Shown here in pieces: positions 36,301 to 45,973 of a stretch of 64,000 nucleotides of DNA. The stretch is from assembly GCA_965222615.1 (NCBI GenBank), contig CBDCUI010000009.1:864001-928000 (forward strand), in the 5' to 3' direction. Every line of letters begins with the position of its first letter. Positions within the stretch are counted from its first letter, which is position 1. Both the position numbers and the translations under genes were made by a program. The stretch is from Gammaproteobacteria bacterium. Its GTDB lineage: Bacteria; Pseudomonadota; Gammaproteobacteria; UBA4575. The notes beneath the pieces were generated by a model that was not told where the DNA came from, made no database searches, and was given only the letters and a program-made list of their open reading frames with translations.

Positions 36301-36843
36301 ATACAATTCCTCTTCTTCACGACCTGTACGTTGCAATTCAATATAGTAATTATCTTTAAAGTGCTTACACCAAAAATCTACATACTGCTCAGCCAGCTTA
36401 TAATTACCAGAAATAATAGCCTTACCGACATCTCCATCTCGAGCACCAGATAAAACGATGAGATCCCGTCCAACGTTGATTAGCCAATTACGTTCCAGGG
36501 TTGGGCCACTACCATGCTGACCTTCCAAATAACTTCTAGTGACTAATTTGGTAAGTGTTTTATAACCTTTTTCGTTTTTGCATAAAATAATAATGCGTGA
36601 AGTAGGCTCCTTAGGTGTTAGACCGGTTACTAGAGCATCAAGTCCAATGATTGGCTTAATGCCATTTTTTAACGCGGCTTGATAGAACTTCACCAAAGCA
36701 AATAAGTTATTAACATCTGTTAATGCAACCGCAGGCATGCCGAGTTCACTAACCATACTCATGAGCTCAGGAACTCGTACAATGCTATTTACGAGCGAAT
36801 ACTCAGTATGTATATGTAAATGTACAAATTGCGTCATTATCAA
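33340..36843 (-). CDS. dnaE: DNA polymerase III alpha subunit
   Basis: PHP motif HLHIHTEYS, GPGRGSGAGS, SMPDFDIDF and FNKSHS; normal length, no intein evident. Confidence 0.98.
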   Translation of the reverse strand: MIMTQFVHLHIHTEYSLVNSIVRVPELMSMVSELGMPAVALTDVNNLFALVKFYQAALKNGIKPIIGLDALVTGLTPKEPTSRIIILCKNEKGYKTLTKLVTRSYLEGQHGSGPTLERNWLINVGRDLIVLSGARDGDVGKAIISGNYKLAEQYVDFWCKHFKDNYYIELQRTGREEEELYIHNVLQLAVKRSLPVVASNAVCFLRRDQYAAHETRVCIQTGRVLNDPRRPRLYSEQQYLRSSEEMAELFADIPEAITNSVEIAKRCNVTLTLGGNVLPEFPIPNALTPQEFMQAEAEKGLAKRLQKLSDDYVLQLDAYQTRLNTELEVINSMGYAGYFLIVADFTRWAKENAIPVGPGRGSGAGSLVAYALGITDIDPLRYDLLFERFLNPERVSMPDFDIDFCMDNRDRVIEYVGQRYGRTHVSQIITYGSMAARAVVRDVGRVLGHPYGFVDRIAKLIPFEVGMTLQKALDREPLLQEQYENEEDVSAILDMAMSLEGLARNAGKHAGGVVIAPTELSDFTPLYCEAGGTNIVTQLDKDDVEAIGLVKFDFLGLRTLTIIDNTIRLVNGNLQQRHETLIDINEIPLDDVATYETLKRQQTTAVFQLESSGIKDIIKKLKPDKFDDIVALVALYRPGPLQSGMVDDFILRKHGARVDYFHPDLEPILKQTYGVILYQEQVMQIAQVLAGYTLGGADLLRRAMGKKKPEEMAQQREIFISGTTKRGVQQRLASYIFDLMEKFAGYGFNKSHSVAYALLAYQTAWLKTHYPAEFMSSVMSSDLDNTDKVVNLIAECRGMGLEVQSPNINSSDYNFTVPEEKIILYGLGAIKGVGQAAVEQIVAIRDESGGYQDLDDFCMRLGTQKVNRRCIEALIRAGAMDCFGYTRASLFQHLEKSLRHAEQRQRDSDTGQNDMFGHAETSMKTSKVRSVPEWEDEKKLQGERETLGLYLTGHPIKRYEGELKKITNKNISEYLSTGYSGSSKEAWQSRADEKTVLVAGLLDQIRLRNSPKGRIAFLTLDDNTGRIDAAVFAKDYAKFDHLLKKDEILIIKGSLGWDEYTGRVRIRASEIWNFDQYLKDYGTMLNIKIKAGGMATTIVQDLQQLLFPFKDGNCSILVEYQNDSIATKMKFSEDWNISLDEKLLQRLSKVSQVQDTSVVYKKQSINV

Positions 36844-36869
36844 ACAGCTCTTATATATGGTTTCCTATA

Positions 36870-37478
36870 TCAGGCTAACGATTTTTCCTGTAATACCATC
36901 GCATCTCTAACAGGCTTATAACTACGTCTATGCAATTCACATGGACCAAACTTTTTCAATGCTGCTATGTGTTGCGAAGTGGGATAACCTTTATGTCGGT
37001 CAAAACCATACTCCGATATTCGTTTATGATGTTCTAACATTTCTACGTCTCGCGTTACCTTAGCAAGTATTGATGCAGCACTAATAGCCGGAATCGTTTC
37101 ATCACCTTTTACAATTGCCGTACAACTAGTATTTATTTGCGGACAATGCAGACCATCTATAAATACTTGTTTTACTTCTAGCTGCATAGCAATGAAGGCA
37201 CGCTGCATCGCGCGTAGCGTTGCATGGTGTATATTAATTTCATCAATCTCCTCTGCCGTTGCGTGTCCGATCCCCCACGCTAAAGCATGGTTTTTAATTT
37301 CCGTAAATAACCGAAGTCGCTTAGTGTGTGAAATCTTCTTAGAATCTGCCAAATCCGCAATATGCTTTTTAGGATGTAATACTACTGCTGCTGCCACCAC
37401 GGGCCCAGCTAAAGGTCCTCGACCGGCTTCGTCTATTCCGGCTACCAGTTCGCAAGTTTCTATATTTTCCCGCATCAA
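36870..37478 (-). CDS. rnhB: Ribonuclease HII
   Basis: GIDEAGRGPLAGPV, DSKK and AASILAKVTRD motifs. Confidence 0.96.
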   Translation of the reverse strand: MMRENIETCELVAGIDEAGRGPLAGPVVAAAVVLHPKKHIADLADSKKISHTKRLRLFTEIKNHALAWGIGHATAEEIDEINIHHATLRAMQRAFIAMQLEVKQVFIDGLHCPQINTSCTAIVKGDETIPAISAASILAKVTRDVEMLEHHKRISEYGFDRHKGYPTSQHIAALKKFGPCELHRRSYKPVRDAMVLQEKSLA

Positions 37479-37520
37479 GAATGACTGATTAAATAATGAC
37501 CGCTGTGATTGGATCTAAGG

Positions 37521-37556
37521 TTAGGCGTTAGAACTTAAACTTCGTATACTGCGCGC
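37521..37556 (+). promoter_or_regulatory. Putative sigma70 promoter for gnnA-gnnB-lpxB
   Basis: TTAGGC-18 nt-TATACT followed by gcgcgc, in the divergent rnhB/gnnA gap. Confidence 0.35.
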
Positions 37557-37584
37557 TTGATTTTTAAAGGATACCGGAAATAAA

Positions 37585-38517
37585 GTGCCAGAGATACAAA
37601 CCGCAGTCATAGGTGTTGGCTATTTAGGCAAATACCATGCACAAAAATACTCTCTGTTGAAAAACAGCAAGTTACTCGCTGTTGTTGATGAGAACATTAA
37701 AAAAGCTCACGAAATTGCTACAGATTGTGAATGCAGAGCACTTACCGATTATCATGAGTTACTCGGTGAAGTGGAAGCCGTGAGTATTGTGGTACCTACG
37801 GATCTACATTTTAAAGTCGCTAAAGATTTTCTCGAGTCTCACACTCATGTGCTAGTAGAAAAACCGATTACCACAACTCTTGAACAAGCGGATGAATTAA
37901 TCGAACTTGCTAAACAAAATGACTGTATATTACAAGTTGGACATTTAGAACGATTTAACCCGGCGATCGTTGCTTTGGAACAAGAGCTTTCAGAAGCTAG
38001 ATTCATTGAGTCTCATCGACTGGCCCCTTATAACCCACGCGGGACAGATGTGAATGTTGTACTTGATTTGATGATACATGACATTGACATTATTCTTGAT
38101 ATCGTAAACTCTGAAGTCGAAAAAATTGATGCAAGTGGTACTCCTGTGCTATCTAAAGACATAGATATTGCAAATGCTCGTATCGTTTTTAAAAATGGCT
38201 GCGTTGCAAACGTAACTTCCAGTCGCGCAAGCAATAAAACTGATCGCAAAATGAGAATCTTTCAACATGACGCTTATCTTTCAGTAGATTTTCAAAATCG
38301 AGAGCTATCCGTATATCGAAAAGGTAAAGGTGAGATGTACCCAGGTATCCCTAATATAGATATTCAAAACTCAAAATTTGAAGAATCAGACGCTTTACTG
38401 ACAGAAATCGAGCATTTCCTAACTTGTATATCTAGTGCAACTGCTCCAAAAGTAAGTGGACAAGACGGAAAACGTGCGCTAGCAACTGCAATTCAAATTA
38501 GCGAGATGCTTACGTAA
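37585..38517 (+). CDS. gnnA: Gfo/Idh/MocA oxidoreductase, probable UDP-GlcNAc 3-dehydrogenase
   Basis: VIGVGYLG, HVLVEKP, VGHLERFN and DLMIHD motifs; adjacent to a DegT-family aminotransferase and lpxB, as for Acidithiobacillus gnnAB. Confidence 0.8.
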   Translation: MPEIQTAVIGVGYLGKYHAQKYSLLKNSKLLAVVDENIKKAHEIATDCECRALTDYHELLGEVEAVSIVVPTDLHFKVAKDFLESHTHVLVEKPITTTLEQADELIELAKQNDCILQVGHLERFNPAIVALEQELSEARFIESHRLAPYNPRGTDVNVVLDLMIHDIDIILDIVNSEVEKIDASGTPVLSKDIDIANARIVFKNGCVANVTSSRASNKTDRKMRIFQHDAYLSVDFQNRELSVYRKGKGEMYPGIPNIDIQNSKFEESDALLTEIEHFLTCISSATAPKVSGQDGKRALATAIQISEMLT

Positions 38518-38547
38518 TTACATTTATTATTAACCTTAGGTTTCCCT

Positions 38548-39648
38548 ATGATCCCAATGCTCGACTTGAAGCTGCAGTATAAACTGCTGCACGATGAAAT
38601 TAATGATGCCATTTCTTCGGTGTTACAAAATACACAATTTATTAACGGACCAAATGTCAAGGAGTTTGAAAAAGAAGCGGCAACCTACCTAGGCGTTAAG
38701 CATGCAGTTTCATGTAACTCTGGTACGGATGCTCTACATCTAGCACTACGAGCTTGTGGGATTGGTAATAATGATGAAGTTATTACGACTCCGTATAGCT
38801 TTGCTGCAACGGCCGAGGCAATTTGCTACGTTGGTGCTACACCTGTGTTTGTAGATATTGATCCAATCTCTTTTAACATTACAGCTGATAACATTAAAAA
38901 AGCAATCACTGACAAAACACGTGCTATCCTACCCGTACATATATTTGGTCAAGTAGCCGAAATCGAAACTATTTGTAGTATTGCACAACAAAATAATCTA
39001 CGCATCATTGAGGATTGTGCACAATCGTTTGGAGCCAAAACTCAAAATCAATACACTGGCACGTTTGGAGATGCAGGTTGTTTTAGTTTTTTCCCAAGCA
39101 AAAATTTAGGCGCTTATGGTGATGGTGGATTGTTTACTACAAATTCAGATGAACTTGCCGAACAGTTTTCGCTATTAAAAAGCCACGGCAGCAAGGCAAA
39201 AAACCAACATCAAATCATTGGATGGAATAGCCGTCTTGATGAAATTCAAGCTGCAATATTGAGGATTAAATTAAAGCATATAGACAAATTTAATCAACAA
39301 CGTATCCATGTTGCTACTCGATATGCCGAGTTACTGGATGTTTTACCTATACAAACACCGATTGTTAAAGACAAAACATCACATGTATTTCACCAATACA
39401 CCATACTGAGCGGAAAGCGCGACATAATCAGCAATCAATTAATGCAGCGAAATATAGGGCATGCATTTTTTTACCCCATACCATTATCTGAGCAAAAAGC
39501 ATTAAACAACAAATCTCGTGAATTGGATTTACAAAATACTCGAAAAATTTGTTCAGAATGTATTTCTCTGCCAATTTTTCCAGAAATGACGGACCAGCAG
39601 ATCAATACGGTAGTCGAAGCAATTAAACAGGCACATGCCGAGCAATAA
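38548..39648 (+). CDS. gnnB: DegT/DnrJ PLP aminotransferase, probable UDP-3-keto-GlcNAc transaminase
   Basis: NSGTDAL, EDCAQSFG and SFFPSKNLGAYGDGG motifs; overlaps the lpxB start. Confidence 0.8.
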   Translation: MIPMLDLKLQYKLLHDEINDAISSVLQNTQFINGPNVKEFEKEAATYLGVKHAVSCNSGTDALHLALRACGIGNNDEVITTPYSFAATAEAICYVGATPVFVDIDPISFNITADNIKKAITDKTRAILPVHIFGQVAEIETICSIAQQNNLRIIEDCAQSFGAKTQNQYTGTFGDAGCFSFFPSKNLGAYGDGGLFTTNSDELAEQFSLLKSHGSKAKNQHQIIGWNSRLDEIQAAILRIKLKHIDKFNQQRIHVATRYAELLDVLPIQTPIVKDKTSHVFHQYTILSGKRDIISNQLMQRNIGHAFFYPIPLSEQKALNNKSRELDLQNTRKICSECISLPIFPEMTDQQINTVVEAIKQAHAEQ

Positions 39649-40813
39649 TAAGCAACCAACTAACTCTTCACGCTTGATGATCATTGTGGGTGAAGCCTCT
39701 GGAGACTTACACGGTGCCAAATTAATCCTTGCACTCAAGAAAATTCTTCCACATATTAAATGCTACGGCTTAGGCGGCGAAAAAATGCAACAAGCTGGTG
39801 TTGACATTCGAGTCAATGCCTCGGAACTCTCTGTTGTCGGTTTAGTAGAAGTAATTAAACATTACCCTCGACTGCGAAAAATTCTAACTAAAATGAAACA
39901 GGAGTTAAAAAATAACCCGCCGGACCTATTAGTGCTGATCGACTCTCCTGATTTTAATTTACCTCTGGCAAAAACAGCAAAAAAGTATGGCGTTAAGGTG
40001 ATGTATTACATCAGTCCACAAATTTGGGCATGGCGATCTTCACGGATAAAAATCATAAAAAAATATGTCGACTTAATGGCAGTAGTATTCCCATTTGAAG
40101 AACAATTTTATAAAAATGCCGATGTTCCAGTTGAGTTTGTTGGACATCCATTAACAAAAGATGCGGTCAGTACCACTACAAGGGATATTTTTTTTACTAA
40201 TGAGAAGTTAGATGTTAGCAAAAAACTAATTGGCATTTTTCCAGGAAGCCGAGCCAGCGAAATTGATAATAATTTTTCGGTATTGTTAGATGCGGCTTCA
40301 GAGTTATTGAAACGCAGAAACGATATTCAGTTTATAACTCCTATCGCCAGCACCATATCTAAACAGCACTTACAAAAATATATCACCGATTCTGGCATTG
40401 ATGTTACAACAACCACAGCAAATATCTATGATGTGATCAATGCCTGTAATGCCATTGCAGCTGCATCTGGTACGGTTACTCTACAGATAACTTTAATGCA
40501 AACGCCTATGCTGATTGTGTATATAATTTCACCATTGACTTATCGAATATTAAAAAATATTGTGAACTTTACTTACGCCGGCATTGCCAACGTAATCGCT
40601 GGAAAAGAAATCTGTCGAGAATTTATCCAAAATGATGCAACATCAAAAAATATTGCAGATGAACTTGAAAGACTTTTAACGGATACGAACTACGTGTCTA
40701 TAATGAAAAGTGAAATGCAAAACATTAAAGAAAAATTAGGCAGTCGGGATGGTGCCACTGAAGCTGCCAGACTAGCTGCAAATTTAATAGTACCCACCTC
40801 AAAATGCATCTAG
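39635..40813 (+). CDS. lpxB: Lipid A disaccharide synthase
   Basis: GEASGDLHG, IDSPDFN, SPQIWAWR, FVGHPL and PGSR motifs. Confidence 0.96.
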   Translation: MPSNNKQPTNSSRLMIIVGEASGDLHGAKLILALKKILPHIKCYGLGGEKMQQAGVDIRVNASELSVVGLVEVIKHYPRLRKILTKMKQELKNNPPDLLVLIDSPDFNLPLAKTAKKYGVKVMYYISPQIWAWRSSRIKIIKKYVDLMAVVFPFEEQFYKNADVPVEFVGHPLTKDAVSTTTRDIFFTNEKLDVSKKLIGIFPGSRASEIDNNFSVLLDAASELLKRRNDIQFITPIASTISKQHLQKYITDSGIDVTTTTANIYDVINACNAIAAASGTVTLQITLMQTPMLIVYIISPLTYRILKNIVNFTYAGIANVIAGKEICREFIQNDATSKNIADELERLLTDTNYVSIMKSEMQNIKEKLGSRDGATEAARLAANLIVPTSKCI

Positions 40814-40838
40814 TCTGCTATTTTTAGATAGACTCTTA
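40814..40838 (-). repeat. Solo end of a type-B MITE-like repeat
   Basis: Reverse complement taagagtctatctaaaaatagcaga matches 15012-15036 (ctagagctgatctgaaaatagcaga) at 19/25. Confidence 0.5.
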
Positions 40839-40851
40839 TATCTAGATAAAA

Positions 40852-41652
40852 TTATTGAACAATTCCTCTTTCACTGGCAAGAATAAACTCTAAAAATTTC
40901 TTTACTTCTGGATATTGTTTTGCAAGTTGCTCAACTTGTGCTATGGACTCACTTCTTGAAGCTTTATTGCGAATAAGCAATTTATAAGATTTGTGCAAGG
41001 CTTGAATACTATCTTCAGTAAAATTCCTACGACGCAAACCTTCTTTATTAAGCCCATGCGTTGTTGCGTAATTGCCCGAAGCCATAACATAAGGAGGGAG
41101 ATCCCTGTTTAAGGCGGTACCCATAGCACAAAATGAATGTTCACCAACTCGACAAAACTGATGTACTAAGGTAAATCCACCCAATATTGCAAAGTCTTCT
41201 ACATTTACGTGGCCTGCCAAGGTTGCGCCATTTGCAAAAATTGTATCGTTACCCACATTGCAATCATGTGCAATATGTACATACGCCATGATCCAATTGC
41301 GATTTCCTAGTTTTGTAAAACCCTGATCCAGATCGGTACCTCGATTAATGGTGACATATTCTCTTATGGTGTTATCGTCACCAATAAATAACTCACTCTG
41401 CTCGCCTTGATATTTTTTATCTTGCGGAATTTCGCCAATAGAAGAAAATTGGAAGATTCGATTCCCTGAGCCTATCGTGGTAGGCCCATTAATTACTACA
41501 TGTGGCCCAACCCAGGTGTTTTTACCTATCGTTACATTGGCGCCAATTATTGAATAAGGCCCAATGGTTACATTTGGTGCAAGCTGCGCACTAGAATCAA
41601 CTATTGCTGTTGAATGTATGTCTCGATTTTCCTTGACCATAGCTGAAGACAT
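40852..41652 (-). CDS. lpxA: UDP-GlcNAc (or UDP-GlcNAc3N) acyltransferase
   Basis: Hexapeptide repeats, PQDKKY, HIAHDC, LAGHV and VHQF motifs. Confidence 0.97.
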   Translation of the reverse strand: MSSAMVKENRDIHSTAIVDSSAQLAPNVTIGPYSIIGANVTIGKNTWVGPHVVINGPTTIGSGNRIFQFSSIGEIPQDKKYQGEQSELFIGDDNTIREYVTINRGTDLDQGFTKLGNRNWIMAYVHIAHDCNVGNDTIFANGATLAGHVNVEDFAILGGFTLVHQFCRVGEHSFCAMGTALNRDLPPYVMASGNYATTHGLNKEGLRRRNFTEDSIQALHKSYKLLIRNKASRSESIAQVEQLAKQYPEVKKFLEFILASERGIVQ

Positions 41653-41664
41653 AATGCTAGCAAG

Positions 41665-42129
41665 CTATTTAGTTTCTACTTCCTTAAATACACACATCAA
41701 TTCAGCAGTAGTAGCAACTTCGCCATCTACCGAGGCAGTAGCATTAAATACTCCATAACTACGCTTATGTCTGAGCAAACGGACATCTAATAGCAGCTGA
41801 TCTCCCGGTCCAACCTGTCTTTTAAAACGTGCTTTATCAATCCCTACAAATAAGTAAAGACTGTCGTCATCTGGACGCCATTCGGGATTACTCAGCGCCA
41901 ACAACCCAGACGCTTGCGCAAGCGCTTCCAAGATTAACACTCCTGGCATAACTGGTGCACTTGGGAAATGACCTTGAAAAAAAGGTTCGTTATAGCTTAC
42001 ATTTTTTAATGCGACAATGGATTGACCGATATTATTTTCAACCACTCGATCGACTAATAAAAACGGATAACGATGTGGCAAATATTTTAAAATATCATGA
42101 ATAGTCAATTCGGCCATAATCTTACTCAC
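41665..42129 (-). CDS. fabZ: 3-hydroxyacyl-ACP dehydratase
   Basis: [12 protein letters not shown] and [17 protein letters not shown] motifs. Confidence 0.97.
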   Translation of the reverse strand: MSKIMAELTIHDILKYLPHRYPFLLVDRVVENNIGQSIVALKNVSYNEPFFQGHFPSAPVMPGVLILEALAQASGLLALSNPEWRPDDDSLYLFVGIDKARFKRQVGPGDQLLLDVRLLRHKRSYGVFNATASVDGEVATTAELMCVFKEVETK

Positions 42130-43133
42130 ATCTTCTCTAGCTTTTTAATTCGCTCAGCTAACTCATCAAGTTTATTGAAAAGCGCTGAACTTTTTAACCA
42201 TTTTTTATAAGGCTGCACTGGCGTGCCAGAAACATAAGTACCGGCTTCTTTTATTGAGCGAGTAACTCTAGCCATAGCGCCTATAGTGACACGATCGGTA
42301 ATTTCAAGATGCCCTCCAATCCCCGCAGCTCCACCAATTCCACAAAACTTTCCAATAGTTGTGCTACCCGCTATGCCCACACAAGCGGCAATAGCAGTAT
42401 GTGCACCAATTCTAACGTTATGCGCGATTTGAATTTGATTATCAAGTTTCACTCCCTCTTCTACAATGGTGTCTCCCAATGCGCCTCTGTCAATTGTAGT
42501 ATTTGCTCCAATTTCCACATCATCACCAATCTGAACTTTGCCTAGCTGAGGAATCTTGACCCATTTGCCCTGATCATTAGCTAAACCAAATCCATCGCTT
42601 CCTAACACACAACCAGTATGAATTGTAACGCGATTACCAAGTACCGTTTTATCACATAGAGTTACATGATTAATCAATCGACAACTCTTTCCAAGAACAC
42701 AAGATTGATGAATCACACAATTAGGGCCAATATAGGTGTTGTCTCCTATTTCACAATTCTCTTCGATAACTACATAAGGCCCAATATAGCAGTTTTTACC
42801 AAGCGAAACGTTATTGGGAACTATCGCCGTTGAATGGACACTAGACTCATGTGTAGGCAATGGATTTAATAATGCAGCGATTTTCGCGAATATTAAATAA
42901 GGATTATTAGAAATTAAGGCGTGTGTGGGGCAAAGATCTAAATATTCTTCATTTAAAATAACTGCAGAAGCTTGAGTACCTAGCAGCTGATCTTTAAGCC
43001 TTGGATTAACAAAAAAAGAAATTGATCCTGTGTTGGCCCTTTCAAGGCTATCGACACTATAAATTTTACAAGATGGATCACCTTTTATTGTTGTCTCAGT
43101 TAACTCAGACAATTTTTCCAGCGTGAATGTCAC
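42126..43133 (-). CDS. lpxD: UDP-3-O-acylglucosamine N-acyltransferase
   Basis: Hexapeptide repeats, [15 protein letters not shown] and QIAHNV motifs. Confidence 0.96.
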   Translation of the reverse strand: MTFTLEKLSELTETTIKGDPSCKIYSVDSLERANTGSISFFVNPRLKDQLLGTQASAVILNEEYLDLCPTHALISNNPYLIFAKIAALLNPLPTHESSVHSTAIVPNNVSLGKNCYIGPYVVIEENCEIGDNTYIGPNCVIHQSCVLGKSCRLINHVTLCDKTVLGNRVTIHTGCVLGSDGFGLANDQGKWVKIPQLGKVQIGDDVEIGANTTIDRGALGDTIVEEGVKLDNQIQIAHNVRIGAHTAIAACVGIAGSTTIGKFCGIGGAAGIGGHLEITDRVTIGAMARVTRSIKEAGTYVSGTPVQPYKKWLKSSALFNKLDELAERIKKLEKM

Positions 43134-43148
43134 TATTGAATGAAGTCG

Positions 43149-43652
43149 CTACTGTGTGTTTTGCAGCGCCTGCAAAACACGGCCTGTAAGATCAATACGG
43201 TCACTTGCAAAAAGTACAGGTTGCGTAACTACTAAGTCGTAGTTTTCATTTTTAGCTACTTCAACTATGACCTCGTGAACTTTTTTTTGCAATTTCCCCA
43301 AAGCTTCATTCCTACGAATATTAAAATCTTCACGTAATTCATCTTGTTGGCGATTATATTCTCTCTTTTTATTAAGAATTTCTTTTTCTACACTGGAACG
43401 ACGGCTATCGCTCATAATAGCCCCATCTTGTTTTAATGTTTCTTCAAGTTTTAAGATTTCATCACGCACTGCGGTTAGCTTTTTATCGCGACCCGAGAAC
43501 TCCTTTTCCAAAGCCTTACGTGCCGCATCAGCCTGAGGCGACTTCTCCATAATTTCTGCCATATTTACAAATCCAATTTTTACTTCCGCACTAACTGCCA
43601 TAGGAAATAGAAATAGTGTAATCAGCAGATATTTTAAAATATATAATTTCAC
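43149..43652 (-). CDS. skp: Periplasmic chaperone Skp/OmpH
   Basis: Signal peptide, KIGFVN, coiled coil, YDLV...IDLT; between bamA and lpxD. Confidence 0.92.
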   Translation of the reverse strand: MKLYILKYLLITLFLFPMAVSAEVKIGFVNMAEIMEKSPQADAARKALEKEFSGRDKKLTAVRDEILKLEETLKQDGAIMSDSRRSSVEKEILNKKREYNRQQDELREDFNIRRNEALGKLQKKVHEVIVEVAKNENYDLVVTQPVLFASDRIDLTGRVLQALQNTQ

Positions 43653-43674
43653 TTATTTCTCCTATTCATTCAAT

Positions 43675-45963
43675 CTAGAAACTCGTTCCAATATTAAATT
43701 GGAAAGTTTCAGTATCATCTCCTGGCTCATCATTAAAAGGCGAAGATAATGCAGCACTGACACCACCAAGCCCTGTAATCAAATTCAGCCCTATTCCAAA
43801 AGATCCTCGAAGTTCACCTGAATCAAAATCATCAAACTCTTCAAAAACATTTCCAGCATCAACAAAAAAGCTTAAACGTGCCCTATTTTTATCCTCAATA
43901 AATGGTGGAGGGAAACTTAATTGAGCTCTAGTGACAGTTAAAAAATTTCCTCCAAACGGATCATCAAATGAATCTCTTGGCCCAAGACTGCTACTCTCAT
44001 ACCCACGTACTGAATCAAAACCACCAGCTCGAAATTTTTCAAAAAATGGCAAATCTGTTGTATTTGCATATTCTTTACCATAACCGATTTCCCCACCTAG
44101 TGATAGTGTGAATGTTTCGCTTAATTGAAATAAAGTAGTGTTTTCATAGTTAATTTTATAATACTCAAGATCACTACCGGGAATAGCAAATTCTACGGTG
44201 AATGTTTGCCTATTTCCTTTTTGTGGAAATAAACTTCTGTTGCGGGTGTCATGCGTAAAATTTGCTGTTGCAGTTAAGTTTGTATAGTTATCTCCATTTT
44301 CTTCAATAAAATTGAATATTTCTAGCGGTGTATTCATGCTCGTATCAATACCTGTTTGCTGTATTCTTAATGAGCCTAAAAATCTGTCATTTTCTGTTAC
44401 CGGTATACCATAGCCCAAACTTACAGAAAATTGGTCTGAATCAAAATCAGAAATATCGGCTTCATCTGCCTCAGTTGATACATATGAAAAACCAAAGCTA
44501 CGACTAACTCCATCAATAGTATGGTAAGGATTTGTATAATTAAGACGATATATTGTATTTACTTTGCTTGTATTAATGCTAAAAGCAACAGCTTTTCCCG
44601 TTCCCAAAAAATTTTCTTGACTCACACTCGTAGTTACAACTGCACCTTGACTGTCAGAAAATCCTGCACCTAGATTAAAACTACCTGCCAATCTTTCCTC
44701 TACTTTTATCTCTAAATCTACAAAGTCATCTACACCAGGTATTCGTTCAGTGTCAATTTCGACAGATTCCACATGCGGCAAACGATTCAGCCTGCGTCTA
44801 GAAAGTTCGATGTTAGTTTGCGAGTACCAGCCCCCTTCCATCTGTCTTAACTCTCGCCGATATACCTCGTCACGTGTTAACTCATGACCACGAAAGTTAA
44901 CTCTCCTCACATAAACTCGTTTCCCAGGATCAATGAATAAGGTTACATTTACCTTTTTATTCTCTTCATCTATTTCAGGAACTGCATTGATGTTCGGAAA
45001 TGCATAGCCCTCATCACCGAGCCGGCGAGTAACTGCATCTGTGAATTTGACAATTTTTTCTCGCGAAAAAGTTTCTCCTGGAGTGAAATCAATCAATGAC
45101 TTTAATTCTTCTTCGGGTAGCAAAAACTTTCCAGCCAAGTCAATGCTTTCCAAACTGTATTGATCACCTTCATCTATATTAATTGTAATAAATATATCTT
45201 CTTTATCGGGGCTAATGGAGACTTGTGTAGAGGTAATATCAAATTTTAAATGTCCATGGTTCAAATAATGTGAACGGAGAATTTCAAGATCTCCTTGAAG
45301 TTTTTGTTTTGCATAACGATCACGAGTACCCCAAAATTTATACCATGGTTTTAAACCTGATTCGAAATCATCGATTAAATCATCTTCTTCAAAAACGCTA
45401 TTGCCAACTATTTTTACTTGCTTGATCTTAGCAACATCGCCCTCAGCTATCCGAATTGCTACATCGACACGATTTCTTTCTAATTCTTTAACTTGAGTAT
45501 CGATATTTACACTGTATTTTCCAAAAGCAAAATATTGTTGCAATAACTCATTTTCTAAGCGCTCAAGTACGGAGCGATTAAACACGCGACCACTCGCGAT
45601 ACCAACATCCGTTAATACCTCGGTTAATTGCTCATCATTAAGGATTTTATTTCCTTCAAAATTGATGCTTGCAATTGCCGGTCTTTCTTTTACTACTACA
45701 ACTAAAATATTTCCTTCACGGCGTAATTCAATATCTTTAAAAATGCCTGTTTTATACAAGGTGCGAATGATATTTGCCGTTCGCTGCTCATCCAGTTGAT
45801 CACCCACCTTTACAGGCAGATAAGTAAAAACAGTGCCAGCTTCTATGCGCTCCAAGCCTTCAATTTGAATATCTTGAACTCGAAATGTTTCTGCGATAGC
45901 AGATGAACTGATAATCAAAAAAAGAAACGCAAGCGTAGTACGCCTGATCAAAAAAAACATCAT
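43675..45963 (-). CDS. bamA: Outer membrane protein assembly factor BamA
   Basis: POTRA repeats, VRGY loop motif, C-terminal FQFNIGTSF. Confidence 0.97.
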   Translation of the reverse strand: MMFFLIRRTTLAFLFLIISSSAIAETFRVQDIQIEGLERIEAGTVFTYLPVKVGDQLDEQRTANIIRTLYKTGIFKDIELRREGNILVVVVKERPAIASINFEGNKILNDEQLTEVLTDVGIASGRVFNRSVLERLENELLQQYFAFGKYSVNIDTQVKELERNRVDVAIRIAEGDVAKIKQVKIVGNSVFEEDDLIDDFESGLKPWYKFWGTRDRYAKQKLQGDLEILRSHYLNHGHLKFDITSTQVSISPDKEDIFITINIDEGDQYSLESIDLAGKFLLPEEELKSLIDFTPGETFSREKIVKFTDAVTRRLGDEGYAFPNINAVPEIDEENKKVNVTLFIDPGKRVYVRRVNFRGHELTRDEVYRRELRQMEGGWYSQTNIELSRRRLNRLPHVESVEIDTERIPGVDDFVDLEIKVEERLAGSFNLGAGFSDSQGAVVTTSVSQENFLGTGKAVAFSINTSKVNTIYRLNYTNPYHTIDGVSRSFGFSYVSTEADEADISDFDSDQFSVSLGYGIPVTENDRFLGSLRIQQTGIDTSMNTPLEIFNFIEENGDNYTNLTATANFTHDTRNRSLFPQKGNRQTFTVEFAIPGSDLEYYKINYENTTLFQLSETFTLSLGGEIGYGKEYANTTDLPFFEKFRAGGFDSVRGYESSSLGPRDSFDDPFGGNFLTVTRAQLSFPPPFIEDKNRARLSFFVDAGNVFEEFDDFDSGELRGSFGIGLNLITGLGGVSAALSSPFNDEPGDDTETFQFNIGTSF

Positions 45964-45973
45964 ATTTATTATT

